A DNA stretch of 44,857 bases from an uncultured bacterium (GTDB lineage: Bacteria > Patescibacteriota > Minisyncoccia > Phycocordibacterales > PALSA-1337): the NCBI GenBank assembly GCA_963848635.1, contig CAWKEA010000009.1, positions 1-44,857 of the forward strand, read 5' to 3'. The notes under the pieces are model-generated. The model saw nothing but the letters and a program-made list of their open reading frames with translations. It was not told the DNA's origin and did not search any database. Of the stretch, positions 15,309 to 23,877 are shown piece after piece. The position numbers were made by a program, and so were the translations under genes. Positions within the stretch are counted from its first letter, which is position 1; every line of letters starts with the position of its first letter.

Positions 15309-16351
15309 CTATTGAAGTCGACGCACTCGCGGACGTGCACACTCACTTGCGCGAGGGCGAAGTAGTCGCGCCTCTTATATTCCAAGCGATGGCTGGGGGC
15401 GCGGACGTGCTCGGGGCAATGCCCAACACGACCAAGGGCCTGGTTACAGCCAGTCATGTGGTTGAATATATCCAGCACGCAAAATTGCTCGTCCTTCGGC
15501 ACGAAACCCCCGTTTCGTTCATTCCGTTCGTCATGATTACCGAAAAGACGACGGAGAAAGACATTGATGAGTGCGTAGCGGCGGGGATCAAGGATGGAAA
15601 AATCTATCCTTTCATGCGCACGACAAAGTCGGAAAATGGAGTCGTTCATTACGGACGGATTCTTCCGGTCATCAAACACTGTGGCAAAGTCGGCATGAAG
15701 TGTCACTTCCATCCCGAACATCCCTCGATGTTGTTCAGCAATCGTGATGCAGAGTTCGCCTTTCTGCCTCTTGCGAGGATGTTTCTCGAGGAAAGCGATG
15801 CTTACATCATCTGGGAGCACGGGACGGATGCGAGGTGCATACCTCATTGGAAAGACATGGCCGATTCAACCGGACGTTTCGCTCTGACTCTGACGGCTCA
15901 CCACTTGGCGACGAATGAAGATCTGGCATTTGGTGACATTCGCGCCATCTGCAAACCACCGATCAAGCTGGAAAGCGACCGTTCCGCTCTGGTTGACTTG
16001 GTCGCAAAGGACTATTACTGGGTTATGGCCGGAGGAGATGTCGCCTTTCACGACAAGTGGGCCAAGCATGTCAAGAAAGAACGGTGCGCATGCGGTGCCT
16101 ATACAGGTCCGTTTCTGTTGCCGCTCTATGCGCATGCTCTGACAAAGCTCCTCGAGGGTGGATCGGGGATAGAGACTTTTGTGAACTTCACGAGCCGCAA
16201 TGCTCGGAAGTTTCATCAGTTGCCTCCCTCGTCCCGCAGGATCAAGCTTGTTTCGGAGTCTTGGCAGATTCCTTTGTCTTATGTCATTGGTTCGCAGACC
16301 GCTCTGCCATTTTGGGCAGGTCAAACGCTCAACTGGAAGATCGTTGAGTAG
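15296..16351 (+). CDS. pyrC: dihydroorotase (E. coli PyrC-like type)
   Basis: DVHTHLREGE, KIYPFMRTTKSENGV, CHFHPEH, AICKPPIK and AGGDVAFHDK are collinear with PyrC metal-ligand blocks. The ATG at 15296 overlaps the pyrD stop by 13 nt. Confidence 0.75.
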   Translation: MAKITIEVDALADVHTHLREGEVVAPLIFQAMAGGADVLGAMPNTTKGLVTASHVVEYIQHAKLLVLRHETPVSFIPFVMITEKTTEKDIDECVAAGIKDGKIYPFMRTTKSENGVVHYGRILPVIKHCGKVGMKCHFHPEHPSMLFSNRDAEFAFLPLARMFLEESDAYIIWEHGTDARCIPHWKDMADSTGRFALTLTAHHLATNEDLAFGDIRAICKPPIKLESDRSALVDLVAKDYYWVMAGGDVAFHDKWAKHVKKERCACGAYTGPFLLPLYAHALTKLLEGGSGIETFVNFTSRNARKFHQLPPSSRRIKLVSESWQIPLSYVIGSQTALPFWAGQTLNWKIVE

Positions 16352-16371
16352 GTTCAAGTCGAATTATCACC

Positions 16372-16409
16372 CAGCTCTGGCATTTCATCGCGCCAGGGCT
16401 GATTTTTTT
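16372..16409 (+). terminator. rho-independent terminator after pyrC
   Basis: cagctctggc-N10-gccagggctg (10 bp, one G-U pair), followed by atttttttat. Confidence 0.7.
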
Positions 16410-16476
16410 ATTTCTCTTCCATACGTCAGCCTCAAAAAATAGAGAAACCGTTCTTTTGTCAGTTCTAGAAAAGCGA

Positions 16477-16510
16477 TAAAAAATCCCCTCACGTAGTGAT
16501 ACGCGAGGGG
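16477..16510 (-). terminator. rho-independent terminator after purC-purE
   Basis: The minus strand reads cccctcgcg-N8-cgtgagggg, followed by attttttat. Confidence 0.6.
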
Positions 16511-16539
16511 AGGTGATCCTGAAAAGTTCAGGGTGTTTT

Positions 16540-18021
16540 TTATTGGATGCCGATCTGTGCCGGTTTGGCTTGGATCGTCTTCGGGAGGAATTCATCTCGG
16601 ACAGCGGCATTGCATGCCGCGAGGAATCCTTCCGGACCGAAGTAAGCTTCGCCGTTCTGATCGAGCTCGACAGGCTGGCCCGGCAAACATTTGATCGAGA
16701 GCTCCGCCGCCAGATTGTGCTCCTCAATGGCGCCCTCAAAGGCAACGCCAATGACGGGGATTTCGGGATGACCGAGCATGCAGAGCTCGCTTTTGACGAT
16801 ACCCGGCAATGCCGCAGCCATTCCCGCGCCCGCAATGATTACGTCGGCCTCCCTGAGACTGTCTTTTGCGAGATTGCGGAGCTCGACCGGGTTCCGATGA
16901 CAGCTTATGATGCTCTTATGGACATTGGCCAGGAGGGAGAGCTCGACAAGCCCGGTTTCGGTTTGTGGCAAATCGCTCTCGCTTCCCACCAGTACCTCGA
17001 TCCGTAGCTTCTTGTTTTCGACATTGATGCCCATCACGGTGCGCTGATAGGTCTCAATCTTCATTCCCGTCAGCCGCCAAAAAATGTAGCGGTAGATGCG
17101 GGTCGTCATGTCGGTAACGGAGCTGGGAACTTTCAGATCGTCAACGAACGCGATGTCGGCAGGATTTTCAGGATCGCGCTTTCTGCCGTTTGCGTCTTTT
17201 TCCACGAGTGATTCCTTGCCCCACTCGCGAACAAACTGTTTGTCGAATGAGGGAGGAATCTTGCCTTTACCTTGAGCTTTCTTCCACGCGGTGGCATCCC
17301 AGAACCGGCTCGAATCAGGAGTCCCTTTCTCGTCGGCCAATACGAGTTTGCCATCATACAGGCCGAATTCAAACTTCGAGTCGGCGAGGATAATGCCGCG
17401 TTTTTCAGCGTGTGCCGAGATAGCTCCGGCCACCTGCAATGACATGCGTTCGCGTCCGACTCCGTAACGATTCGCTACGCTATCGGCAGTGATATGTTCG
17501 TCATGCCCTTCGGCGGCCTTGGTCGTCGGCGTATATAAGGGGTAGGGGAGCTTGTTGCCATCCACGAGGCCTGTCAGCAATTGATGCCCGCAGACTGCAC
17601 CGGTTCCTTGGTAACTGGTCCAGCCGCTTCCGGTCAGATGAAGGCGGACGATGTCTTCGACATCAGGCGCCGCGACGATCCGCACGACAGTTGCCCGTTT
17701 CTGGAGTTCGGGATTGTTTTGCAACTCTCCCGGCAGGTAGCAATCAATATTGGCGCCAGCCGCGATGAAGTCAGTCTTGCAGATGCTTTGGAGGACAGAA
17801 GTCGTCCAGAAGTGGTTCAACGCCGTCAAGATAGCGCCCTTTTCGCCAATGATTGTCGGCAGGACGAAGTCAAAGATACTGCATCGATCAGAGGCGACGA
17901 CGAGCATTTTGTCGGGATGTCCGGGTAGGTTATACGAATCGCGGACCTTGCCGCGATGACGGAGTTCAAGTCCTTGCAAGACAGGCTGTCTGTCAAGGAC
18001 GGTTTGTGGAATATGTGCCAT
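16540..18021 (-). CDS. purC: bifunctional SAICAR synthetase (PurC, long form) fused to a C-terminal PurE-like (AIR carboxylase / N5-CAIR mutase) domain
   Basis: N-terminal GKVRDSY, VASDRCSIFDF, ILADSKFEFG. C-terminal IEVLVGSESDLPQ, IISCHRNP, VIIAGAGMAAALPGIV, PVIGVA, LPGQPV. Confidence 0.8.
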   Translation of the reverse strand: MAHIPQTVLDRQPVLQGLELRHRGKVRDSYNLPGHPDKMLVVASDRCSIFDFVLPTIIGEKGAILTALNHFWTTSVLQSICKTDFIAAGANIDCYLPGELQNNPELQKRATVVRIVAAPDVEDIVRLHLTGSGWTSYQGTGAVCGHQLLTGLVDGNKLPYPLYTPTTKAAEGHDEHITADSVANRYGVGRERMSLQVAGAISAHAEKRGIILADSKFEFGLYDGKLVLADEKGTPDSSRFWDATAWKKAQGKGKIPPSFDKQFVREWGKESLVEKDANGRKRDPENPADIAFVDDLKVPSSVTDMTTRIYRYIFWRLTGMKIETYQRTVMGINVENKKLRIEVLVGSESDLPQTETGLVELSLLANVHKSIISCHRNPVELRNLAKDSLREADVIIAGAGMAAALPGIVKSELCMLGHPEIPVIGVAFEGAIEEHNLAAELSIKCLPGQPVELDQNGEAYFGPEGFLAACNAAVRDEFLPKTIQAKPAQIGIQ

Positions 18022-18170
18022 AAGGCTTCTCCTTTGGTTATTATTGTTGATGTGCTTTGCACGCCCTACTCGAGGCGTGCGCTGGGATTAATACTACATA
18101 TAAAAGGGGATATGGCAAGAAAAATCCCCGGCCGCATTGTACGGCCGAGGAGGTGTTTGTTTTCTTCAGT

Positions 18171-19670
18171 TCAGACCTCAAAGGTCTTTTCGAATAGATG
18201 CGCCTCGTTGGCGAGGATGTGCGACGGAAGGAAGATGGTCCGCCATTCCGTCCGATTTTTGGCGGTATTCGGATTAAAGATCTGTCGGAGGATGGCGTTC
18301 CACTTTTCGACAGTGCCTTCGTCCGCATCTAATTCGGCACTCACGTGAAGCTCGGCGTTCGAGATGATGTCTCTGACATTTGGTATGTCCCGGAAGAGAC
18401 GGCCTCCATTTTGCGACAATTCGTCGAGCCAATGGTCTGCCTGGTCGAGCGAATCAGGAGGCGAGCCGCGAAGCTCGCGCATGTTGTCGTCAGGCTCGAA
18501 TGCGTTGAAGCAGGCAAGTTGGACGATCCGGTAGGCTTGTTCTCGTTCGAGACCGAACGGCGCGCCGAGCTCGAGGAGCGTCTCTTTTGCATCGTTCGAG
18601 GCGTAACAGCCGCGCGATTCGATGATCTCGACGAGCATGTTGTCAGGATAGACGACAAGGCCGCTTATGACCCTGGTCGTATTCTTGATTGCGCGGAGGG
18701 TCACATGGAACAAGTCGGGCCAAAATACGCGTTCGACGCTGGATTGTTCGATCGTGCGTTCTTCCCAGGTCTTTATGTTCTCCTTGATGCCGGCGCTGTA
18801 GTGGCGAGCCATCCGTGCCATCCCTTCGTTCTGTTCATCCACGATGGTGTTCTTCTTGTGCGGCATGGCCGACGAGCCCTTTTGCTTCTTGCCGAAAGGC
18901 TCTTGGTAAATCGGTCTGCCGCTCCGAGCGCCGAGACGGATGTCGCCGGCGATCTTGTCGATCACAGTGACCAGATCGGCCAATGCTCCTGCGATAGGGG
19001 AATAGAGGATGCGGGGCATGATCTGCGTCGCCCCGACAAACGGCTTGAAGCCGAGGATCTTGAGAGCCGCTTCTTCCAATTCCGGTTCGATGCCGCTATT
19101 CGTGCCAATGGCGCCGGACAGCTTGGAAAAGGACAGATTGCTTTGCAAGGCCAAAAGAGCGTCGCGAGCCGTTCGCAGCTCGACATACCAGGTCAAGCAC
19201 CGCTTGCCGAACGATTGCATCTCCGCTTCCTGGCCGTGGGTCCGGGCATTCATCGGCGTATAACGGTATTTGATCGCTTGGTTCTCGATTTCTCCCAATA
19301 ACGCCCCCGTCTCATCGAGGACGACATCACACGATTGCCGGAGACACATCGCGAACGGTGCTTCCTCGGTATCGTACGACGTCATCCTTTTGTGGAATTC
19401 TGCTTGAAGCGCAGGCGACAGGAACCGGCATCGTTCCTCGAGGAACGAGTTGAGATCGTGCAGCAGGACTTTTTCGCGATCGTCGATGTATGCGACGTCA
19501 ACAGGGCTCCGCTCGAGGATGTTTTGAATCTCGAGGAGTGTGCCGAGGGGGATCTGTCCCAAAGACTCTCGCGCCTGTATGACCGCGAGCTCGACCTTCT
19601 GCCAATTGGTGAATTTTCGCTCGAGGCTCCATGTTTCAGTTATCCACGAGTCTGAGTACCTTTTTATCAT
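18171..19670 (-). CDS. purB: adenylosuccinate lyase
   Basis: Fumarate-lyase signature KGSSAMPHKKNT, plus the overall PurB N-terminal pattern (YS...I.E.WS...K...W..VE.A...A). Confidence 0.85.
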   Translation of the reverse strand: MIKRYSDSWITETWSLERKFTNWQKVELAVIQARESLGQIPLGTLLEIQNILERSPVDVAYIDDREKVLLHDLNSFLEERCRFLSPALQAEFHKRMTSYDTEEAPFAMCLRQSCDVVLDETGALLGEIENQAIKYRYTPMNARTHGQEAEMQSFGKRCLTWYVELRTARDALLALQSNLSFSKLSGAIGTNSGIEPELEEAALKILGFKPFVGATQIMPRILYSPIAGALADLVTVIDKIAGDIRLGARSGRPIYQEPFGKKQKGSSAMPHKKNTIVDEQNEGMARMARHYSAGIKENIKTWEERTIEQSSVERVFWPDLFHVTLRAIKNTTRVISGLVVYPDNMLVEIIESRGCYASNDAKETLLELGAPFGLEREQAYRIVQLACFNAFEPDDNMRELRGSPPDSLDQADHWLDELSQNGGRLFRDIPNVRDIISNAELHVSAELDADEGTVEKWNAILRQIFNPNTAKNRTEWRTIFLPSHILANEAHLFEKTFEV

Positions 19671-19799
19671 AGTCCTTCTTTCGTTTTGTAGCCGCGCATA
19701 GCACGGCAGGTTTGTCTGAAGCCTATATTAGCCGCCAAGGTTGTTTTGTCAAATATAAAAAATTGTCCTATCTATTTCAAGTACAAATCAGGCAAAAAT

Positions 19800-20357
19800 T
19801 TAGTTGCCAGCGGTAGGACAAGTCGAGGAAGAGTGTGCGATGGCTGATGGATTCGTATTTCCTGTCGAATCGATGCAGAAATATTTGGTGCTGCTCACCA
19901 GCTGGCCATATATAGCAAATGAAATTACGTTCGGACTCGCTACGCCTCCTGTGGTGCTGTTCGTACCGACGAATATTTGTATCGCTCCGCCCTGCGAGAC
20001 GGCATCGTTCCATTGTGTTGCCAGATTTGCGCTAGCGGCTGTTGTTGTGGCGGCGGCAGGGCTACCAGCGGTGTACCCGGAGTTGCTTATTGTAAAGCTT
20101 CCACCAGCGGGACTGCCAGCGGTGGCTCCATAAAGATCAGTATAAACCGAGCTATTCTGCCCAGTCGAAAGAATATTACGGATCTGTTGAACGTCAGCGA
20201 CGACACGGGTATCCGATCCTCTTTTTCGGGCTGATTGCAAGCTTGCCAAAATGATCGCTGACAGCAAACCTATGATGGCGATGACGACAAGCAGTTCTAT
20301 CAAGGTAAAAGCGCTGTCTTTCTGCGCAGGACCTTTTTTCTTTTGAGAGGGAGACAT
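19800..20357 (-). CDS. type IV pilin-like protein (prepilin N-terminal cleavage/methylation domain)
   Basis: FTLIELLVVIAIIGLLSAIILASLQSARKRG. The C-terminus is paralogous to ORF 28347-28844. The ORF is open to 20399, but a TATAAT at 20402-20407 (minus strand) argues for ATG 20357. Confidence 0.8.
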   Translation of the reverse strand: MSPSQKKKGPAQKDSAFTLIELLVVIAIIGLLSAIILASLQSARKRGSDTRVVADVQQIRNILSTGQNSSVYTDLYGATAGSPAGGSFTISNSGYTAGSPAAATTTAASANLATQWNDAVSQGGAIQIFVGTNSTTGGVASPNVISFAIYGQLVSSTKYFCIDSTGNTNPSAIAHSSSTCPTAGN

Positions 20358-20490
20358 TTTTATTAATGCTGATTTATTAATGTTTAAAACGACGTGCATA
20401 GATTATACAACACTTGCGCCTCAAATAATATATCTGGGGTATTGATATTCAGCCGGGTGGAGGAGTTTCACTTTTGCCATGTACAGTAAT

Positions 20491-20505
20491 TGCGAATGTT
20501 TCGCA
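20491..20505. promoter_or_regulatory. third copy of the TGCGAA-N3-TTCGCA palindrome (putative Zur/Fur-family operator)
   Basis: tgcgaatgtttcgca. The same half-sites and spacing occur in the two boxes at 37104-37118 and 37157-37171 in front of the Fur-family gene. Confidence 0.5.
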
Positions 20506-20654
20506 GTCAGCGTACATCGAGAAAATGGGCTATCACGAGGGGTCAATCGTTGATTTTTTAATGAAAATCTAAATGCGACCGAGTCTCATCTAGCTCACGG
20601 AAGTTGGCCGTATAATCGACGTCAAATGCGACAAAGTCTCAATTAAAAAACACG

Positions 20655-20702
20655 CATAAAAAGAAAACCGCTCGACGAGCCAAGCGGCTTTCGTGAGCGG
20701 TT
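20655..20702 (-). terminator. rho-independent terminator after the zinc-ribbon membrane protein gene
   Basis: The minus strand reads aaccgctc-N21-gagcggtt, followed by ttctttttat. Confidence 0.6.
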
Positions 20703-20717
20703 GAAACTGTCATTGAA

Positions 20718-20972
20718 TCATCTTACCCATGGATGACGGTCGTCCTCCTTGGGCTTCAACTGATTTGTGTGATTCCATGTGTGATCGCATTTCTCGCAAT
20801 GCGAGAAACCTGCGACCCATTCGCTTCCTGGGTGATGGTCATCCAGGCTTTTTTTGTTTTCGCGCATCGTGTTCCAGCTCTTGCATTTGGGACAAGGACC
20901 GGCACATAGCCAAATCCTGCATAGACCCATGAATAATGCAATAAGTCCCAGGAAGATCAAAATAAGGCCCAT
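20718..20972 (-). CDS. small membrane-anchored zinc-ribbon protein (hypothetical)
   Basis: MGLILIFLGLIALFMGL (TM helix), then CPKC...CEKC. The ORF is open to 21065 and the start is uncertain. Confidence 0.5.
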   Translation of the reverse strand: MGLILIFLGLIALFMGLCRIWLCAGPCPKCKSWNTMRENKKSLDDHHPGSEWVAGFSHCEKCDHTWNHTNQLKPKEDDRHPWVR

Positions 20973-21108
20973 AAAATAAGGCCCATATTTGACTTCCAAA
21001 ACCCTATTTGCTAGACTGCAACAACGCTCCAATATACGGCGTACGTGACCGAAAACAGCCCGCAAGGGAGTTCACCGGTCCACTTTTTAACTCGTTCAAA
21101 ATAAGCAG

Positions 21109-21294
21109 ATGGCAAAAACATCAGTCATAGCAAGGTCGAAAAAAACGCCGAAATTCAAGTCGCGCGTCGTTCGCCGTTGCTTCCGTTGCGGAAGAAAGAA
21201 CGGCTATATGCGCGACTTCGATCTCTGCCGCATCTGCTTCCGAGAATTCGCCAATGAAGGCGTCATTCCCGGCATCCGAAAATCATCATGGTAA
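21109..21294 (+). CDS. rpsN: 30S ribosomal protein S14, type Z (zinc-binding, 61 aa)
   Basis: MAKTSVIARSKKTPKFKSRVVRRCFRCGR...LCRICFRE...GIRKSSW. Confidence 0.95.
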   Translation: MAKTSVIARSKKTPKFKSRVVRRCFRCGRKNGYMRDFDLCRICFREFANEGVIPGIRKSSW

Positions 21295-21680
21295 CAGACC
21301 CAGTCGCAGATCTCATAACACGCGCTTTTAATGCGTCGAAAGCCGGCAAAACGTCGGTGTCACTGCCGCATTCATCTCTCAAGGAGTCTATCGCTCATAT
21401 CTTGAAAAAGGCCGGATATTTCTCAAGCGTCGAGAAAAAGGGAAGCGGAGTCTTGCAAATGCTCGAGATAGGCCTTGTGCATACGGATGGTGAACCTCGC
21501 ATCCACGGCGTCTTGCGCGTATCGAAGCCTTCCCGTCGCCTCTATCAGAAATCCCGCGATATCAAGCCGTTCCGTCAGGGCTATGGCAACATCGTCTATT
21601 CGACGCCCCGCGGCATTCTGATGGACTTTGAGGCAAAAAAATTAAAGGTCGGCGGGGAAATCTTGTTTAAGATTTGGTAA
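21288..21680 (+). CDS. rpsH: 30S ribosomal protein S8
   Basis: MVTDPVADLITRAFNA..., correct position in the operon, 130 aa. Confidence 0.93.
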   Translation: MVTDPVADLITRAFNASKAGKTSVSLPHSSLKESIAHILKKAGYFSSVEKKGSGVLQMLEIGLVHTDGEPRIHGVLRVSKPSRRLYQKSRDIKPFRQGYGNIVYSTPRGILMDFEAKKLKVGGEILFKIW

Positions 21681-21690
21681 ATTACATAAC

Positions 21691-22224
21691 ATGTCGCGCA
21701 TCGCAAAAAAAGCCATCGTCATACCAGCAAAGACAACCGTGTCGTATTCGGACGGGCTTTTTTCCGTGAAAGGACCGCTCGGCGAGATCAAGAAGACATT
21801 TAATACCGATATCGCTGTGACTATAGCCAATAACGAGATAACCATCGCTCCTGCGCGCGAAGATATCCCGAATCTGGCTCTCTGGGGATCATACGCTTCG
21901 CACATCAAAAATATGCTCGCTGGCGTCAACAAGGCCTACGAAAAAAAGCTCATCATAGAAGGCATCGGCTTCAAAGCAGATGTCAAAGGCAAGGACATCG
22001 TCCTCGCCGTCGGCTTCTCTCATACAGTCACCTTGCCGATCCCAGAGGGCATCAAGGTCGTCTCAGACAAGAGCGGCATAAGCGTCTCGGGCATCGATGC
22101 AGAAAAAGTAGGCCAGTTCACCGCCCAGATCCGCGCAGTCAAAAAGCCAGAGCCGTATAAAGGCAAAGGCATCCGCTATTCCGACGAAGTGATCCGCAGG
22201 AAACAAGGCAAAAAAGCCGTTTAA
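21691..22224 (+). CDS. rplF: 50S ribosomal protein L6
   Basis: MSRIAKKAIVIP..., GIGFKA, EPYKGKGIRY. Confidence 0.93.
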   Translation: MSRIAKKAIVIPAKTTVSYSDGLFSVKGPLGEIKKTFNTDIAVTIANNEITIAPAREDIPNLALWGSYASHIKNMLAGVNKAYEKKLIIEGIGFKADVKGKDIVLAVGFSHTVTLPIPEGIKVVSDKSGISVSGIDAEKVGQFTAQIRAVKKPEPYKGKGIRYSDEVIRRKQGKKAV

Positions 22225-22228
22225 AGAC

Positions 22229-22579
22229 ATGAATATCTCACAGATAAAACAAAATAAGATCGCCCGAAGGCACAAGAGGATCCGCGCGAAAGTCTCCGGG
22301 ACTTCAGCCCGTCCGCGCTTGTCAGTCTTCAAGTCGCACAAATTCATCTTTTTGCAATTGATCGATGATGTCAAAGGCGCGACGCTCGTTTCGGCCTGGT
22401 CGAAAGATTGCAAAGGCAAGACGCCGGCCGAGCGCGCAAAAGAAGTCGGCATCGAGCTTGCAAAAAAAGCCAAGGCGGCTAAGATTGAGAGCGTTGTCTT
22501 TGACCGCGGAGGCTATCTCTATACCGGCCATATTAAGGCTGTCGCCGATGGCGCACGAGAGGGAGGCTTGAAATTCTAA
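22229..22579 (+). CDS. rplR: 50S ribosomal protein L18
   Basis: RRHKRIRAKVSGTSARPRLSVFKSHKFIFLQLIDD...FDRGGYLYTGHIKAVADGAREGGLKF. Confidence 0.93.
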   Translation: MNISQIKQNKIARRHKRIRAKVSGTSARPRLSVFKSHKFIFLQLIDDVKGATLVSAWSKDCKGKTPAERAKEVGIELAKKAKAAKIESVVFDRGGYLYTGHIKAVADGAREGGLKF

Positions 22580-22588
22580 ATTTTAATC

Positions 22589-23338
22589 ATGAACGAAGAA
22601 AACAAACAAAATAATACAGATAAAGTAGCGACGGCGGCGCCTGTTGTGAATGTTCCGCCTGCATCAATCGCATCAGTTGGTTCGTCGTCTGCGAACATTC
22701 CGCCTGCGTCCAGTCCGCGCGCAGACTCAAACCCTATCACGAAGGTTGCACCGGGCGCATTCGATGCTCGTCCCCCTCGCATGAAAAACAGCCGAGATTC
22801 GCGTCCTCGCCGTGGCGGAAGCAGAGACGGCAAGGATCGCATCAAGCCTGAGTTCGACACAAAGATGATAGATATCCGCCGCGTGACTCGCGTCGCCGCT
22901 GGAGGCCGCAGGTTCACGTTCTCTGTTGCCGTAGTTTCCGGCGACCGTAAAGGCCGCGTCGGCGTCGGCCTCGGCAAGGCTATCGACACGACATTGGCCA
23001 TCGATAAAGCCACTCGAGACGCAAAGAAGCACATGTTCAAGATCGCTCTTACGCCTTCTATGTCGATACCTCACTCTGTCTATGCGAAATATTCTTCGGC
23101 CCGCGTCGAGATGATGCCGGTCAAGGGCCGCGGCCTCGTCGCCGGTTCGGCCGTACGCAATGTGCTCGTGCTCGCCGGCGTCAAAGATGTCGTCGCAAAA
23201 CTGCGATCGCCGTCAAAGAACAAGCTCAACATCGCTCGAGCGGCAGTCCTTGCCCTCCAGCAATTGTCGAAAAACAGCCGTCCAGGCGCCAAGGCTGTTG
23301 CGATCGATAAAACTGCGCCGCTTTCGGCTTCAAAATAA
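22589..23338 (+). CDS. rpsE: 30S ribosomal protein S5 with a ~85 aa low-complexity N-terminal extension
   Basis: IRRVTRVAAGGRRFTFSVAVVSGDRKGRVGVGLGKA...VKGRGLVAG. Confidence 0.9.
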   Translation: MNEENKQNNTDKVATAAPVVNVPPASIASVGSSSANIPPASSPRADSNPITKVAPGAFDARPPRMKNSRDSRPRRGGSRDGKDRIKPEFDTKMIDIRRVTRVAAGGRRFTFSVAVVSGDRKGRVGVGLGKAIDTTLAIDKATRDAKKHMFKIALTPSMSIPHSVYAKYSSARVEMMPVKGRGLVAGSAVRNVLVLAGVKDVVAKLRSPSKNKLNIARAAVLALQQLSKNSRPGAKAVAIDKTAPLSASK

Positions 23339-23351
23339 TTTTTTTACTACT

Positions 23352-23792
23352 ATGCAAATGCACAGCTTCAAACCAGTCCACCAGAACAAGAGATCCCAGC
23401 AAGTGGGTCGCGGCGGCAAGCGCGGCAAGACGAGCGGCAAGGGAACAAAAGGCCAGAATGCGCGCGCCGGGAGGAAGAAGCGTCCAGAGCTTCGCGATCT
23501 GATAAAGAAGATCCCAAAATTGCGCGGACGTGGAGTCAATATAAACACGCCGATGACCGAGACGCCGTTCGTCATCAATCTCGAGGTCATTGAAGTTGCT
23601 TTCGCGACAGGGGATACGGTTTCGCCTGAGACCTTGCTCCAAAAGGGCATGGTCGAGATGAAGAACGGCAAGCTTCCCGCGATCAAGATCCTTGGCGACG
23701 GCGAATTGACCAAAAAAATCAATTTCTCCAAGGTCACCGTTTCAGGGAGCGCCAAAGCCAAGATCGAGAAAGCCAGCGGAAAAATTGTATGA
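23352..23792 (+). CDS. rplO: 50S ribosomal protein L15
   Basis: VGRGGKRGKTSGKGTKGQNARAG...LGDGEL. The ORF is open from 23160, but that part overlaps rpsE; ATG 23352 (MQMHSF) is chosen. Confidence 0.88.
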   Translation: MQMHSFKPVHQNKRSQQVGRGGKRGKTSGKGTKGQNARAGRKKRPELRDLIKKIPKLRGRGVNINTPMTETPFVINLEVIEVAFATGDTVSPETLLQKGMVEMKNGKLPAIKILGDGELTKKINFSKVTVSGSAKAKIEKASGKIV

Positions 23793-23877
23793 AGAAAATA
23801 GAATTAGAAAATAGAATAAATTCAATAATGCTCGCATCCATTCTATTTTCTGATTCTATTATCTATTTCCAATTCAC

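Noticed and set aside
14741-15847. 368-aa minus-strand ORF antisense to pyrD/pyrC. Other long antisense ORFs are similar: 18345-19301(+) opposite purB, 26582-27337(-) opposite map, 35548-36147(-) and 37582-38232(-) opposite the pilin and ZIP genes, 16329-16835(-), 16513-17007(+), 7224-7715(-), 33622-34299(-) and 43853-44563(+).
   Set aside because: The opposite strand carries ORFs with unambiguous family motifs. The antisense translations are Arg/Ser/Pro-rich with no motifs, as is typical of shadow ORFs in moderately GC-rich coding DNA.
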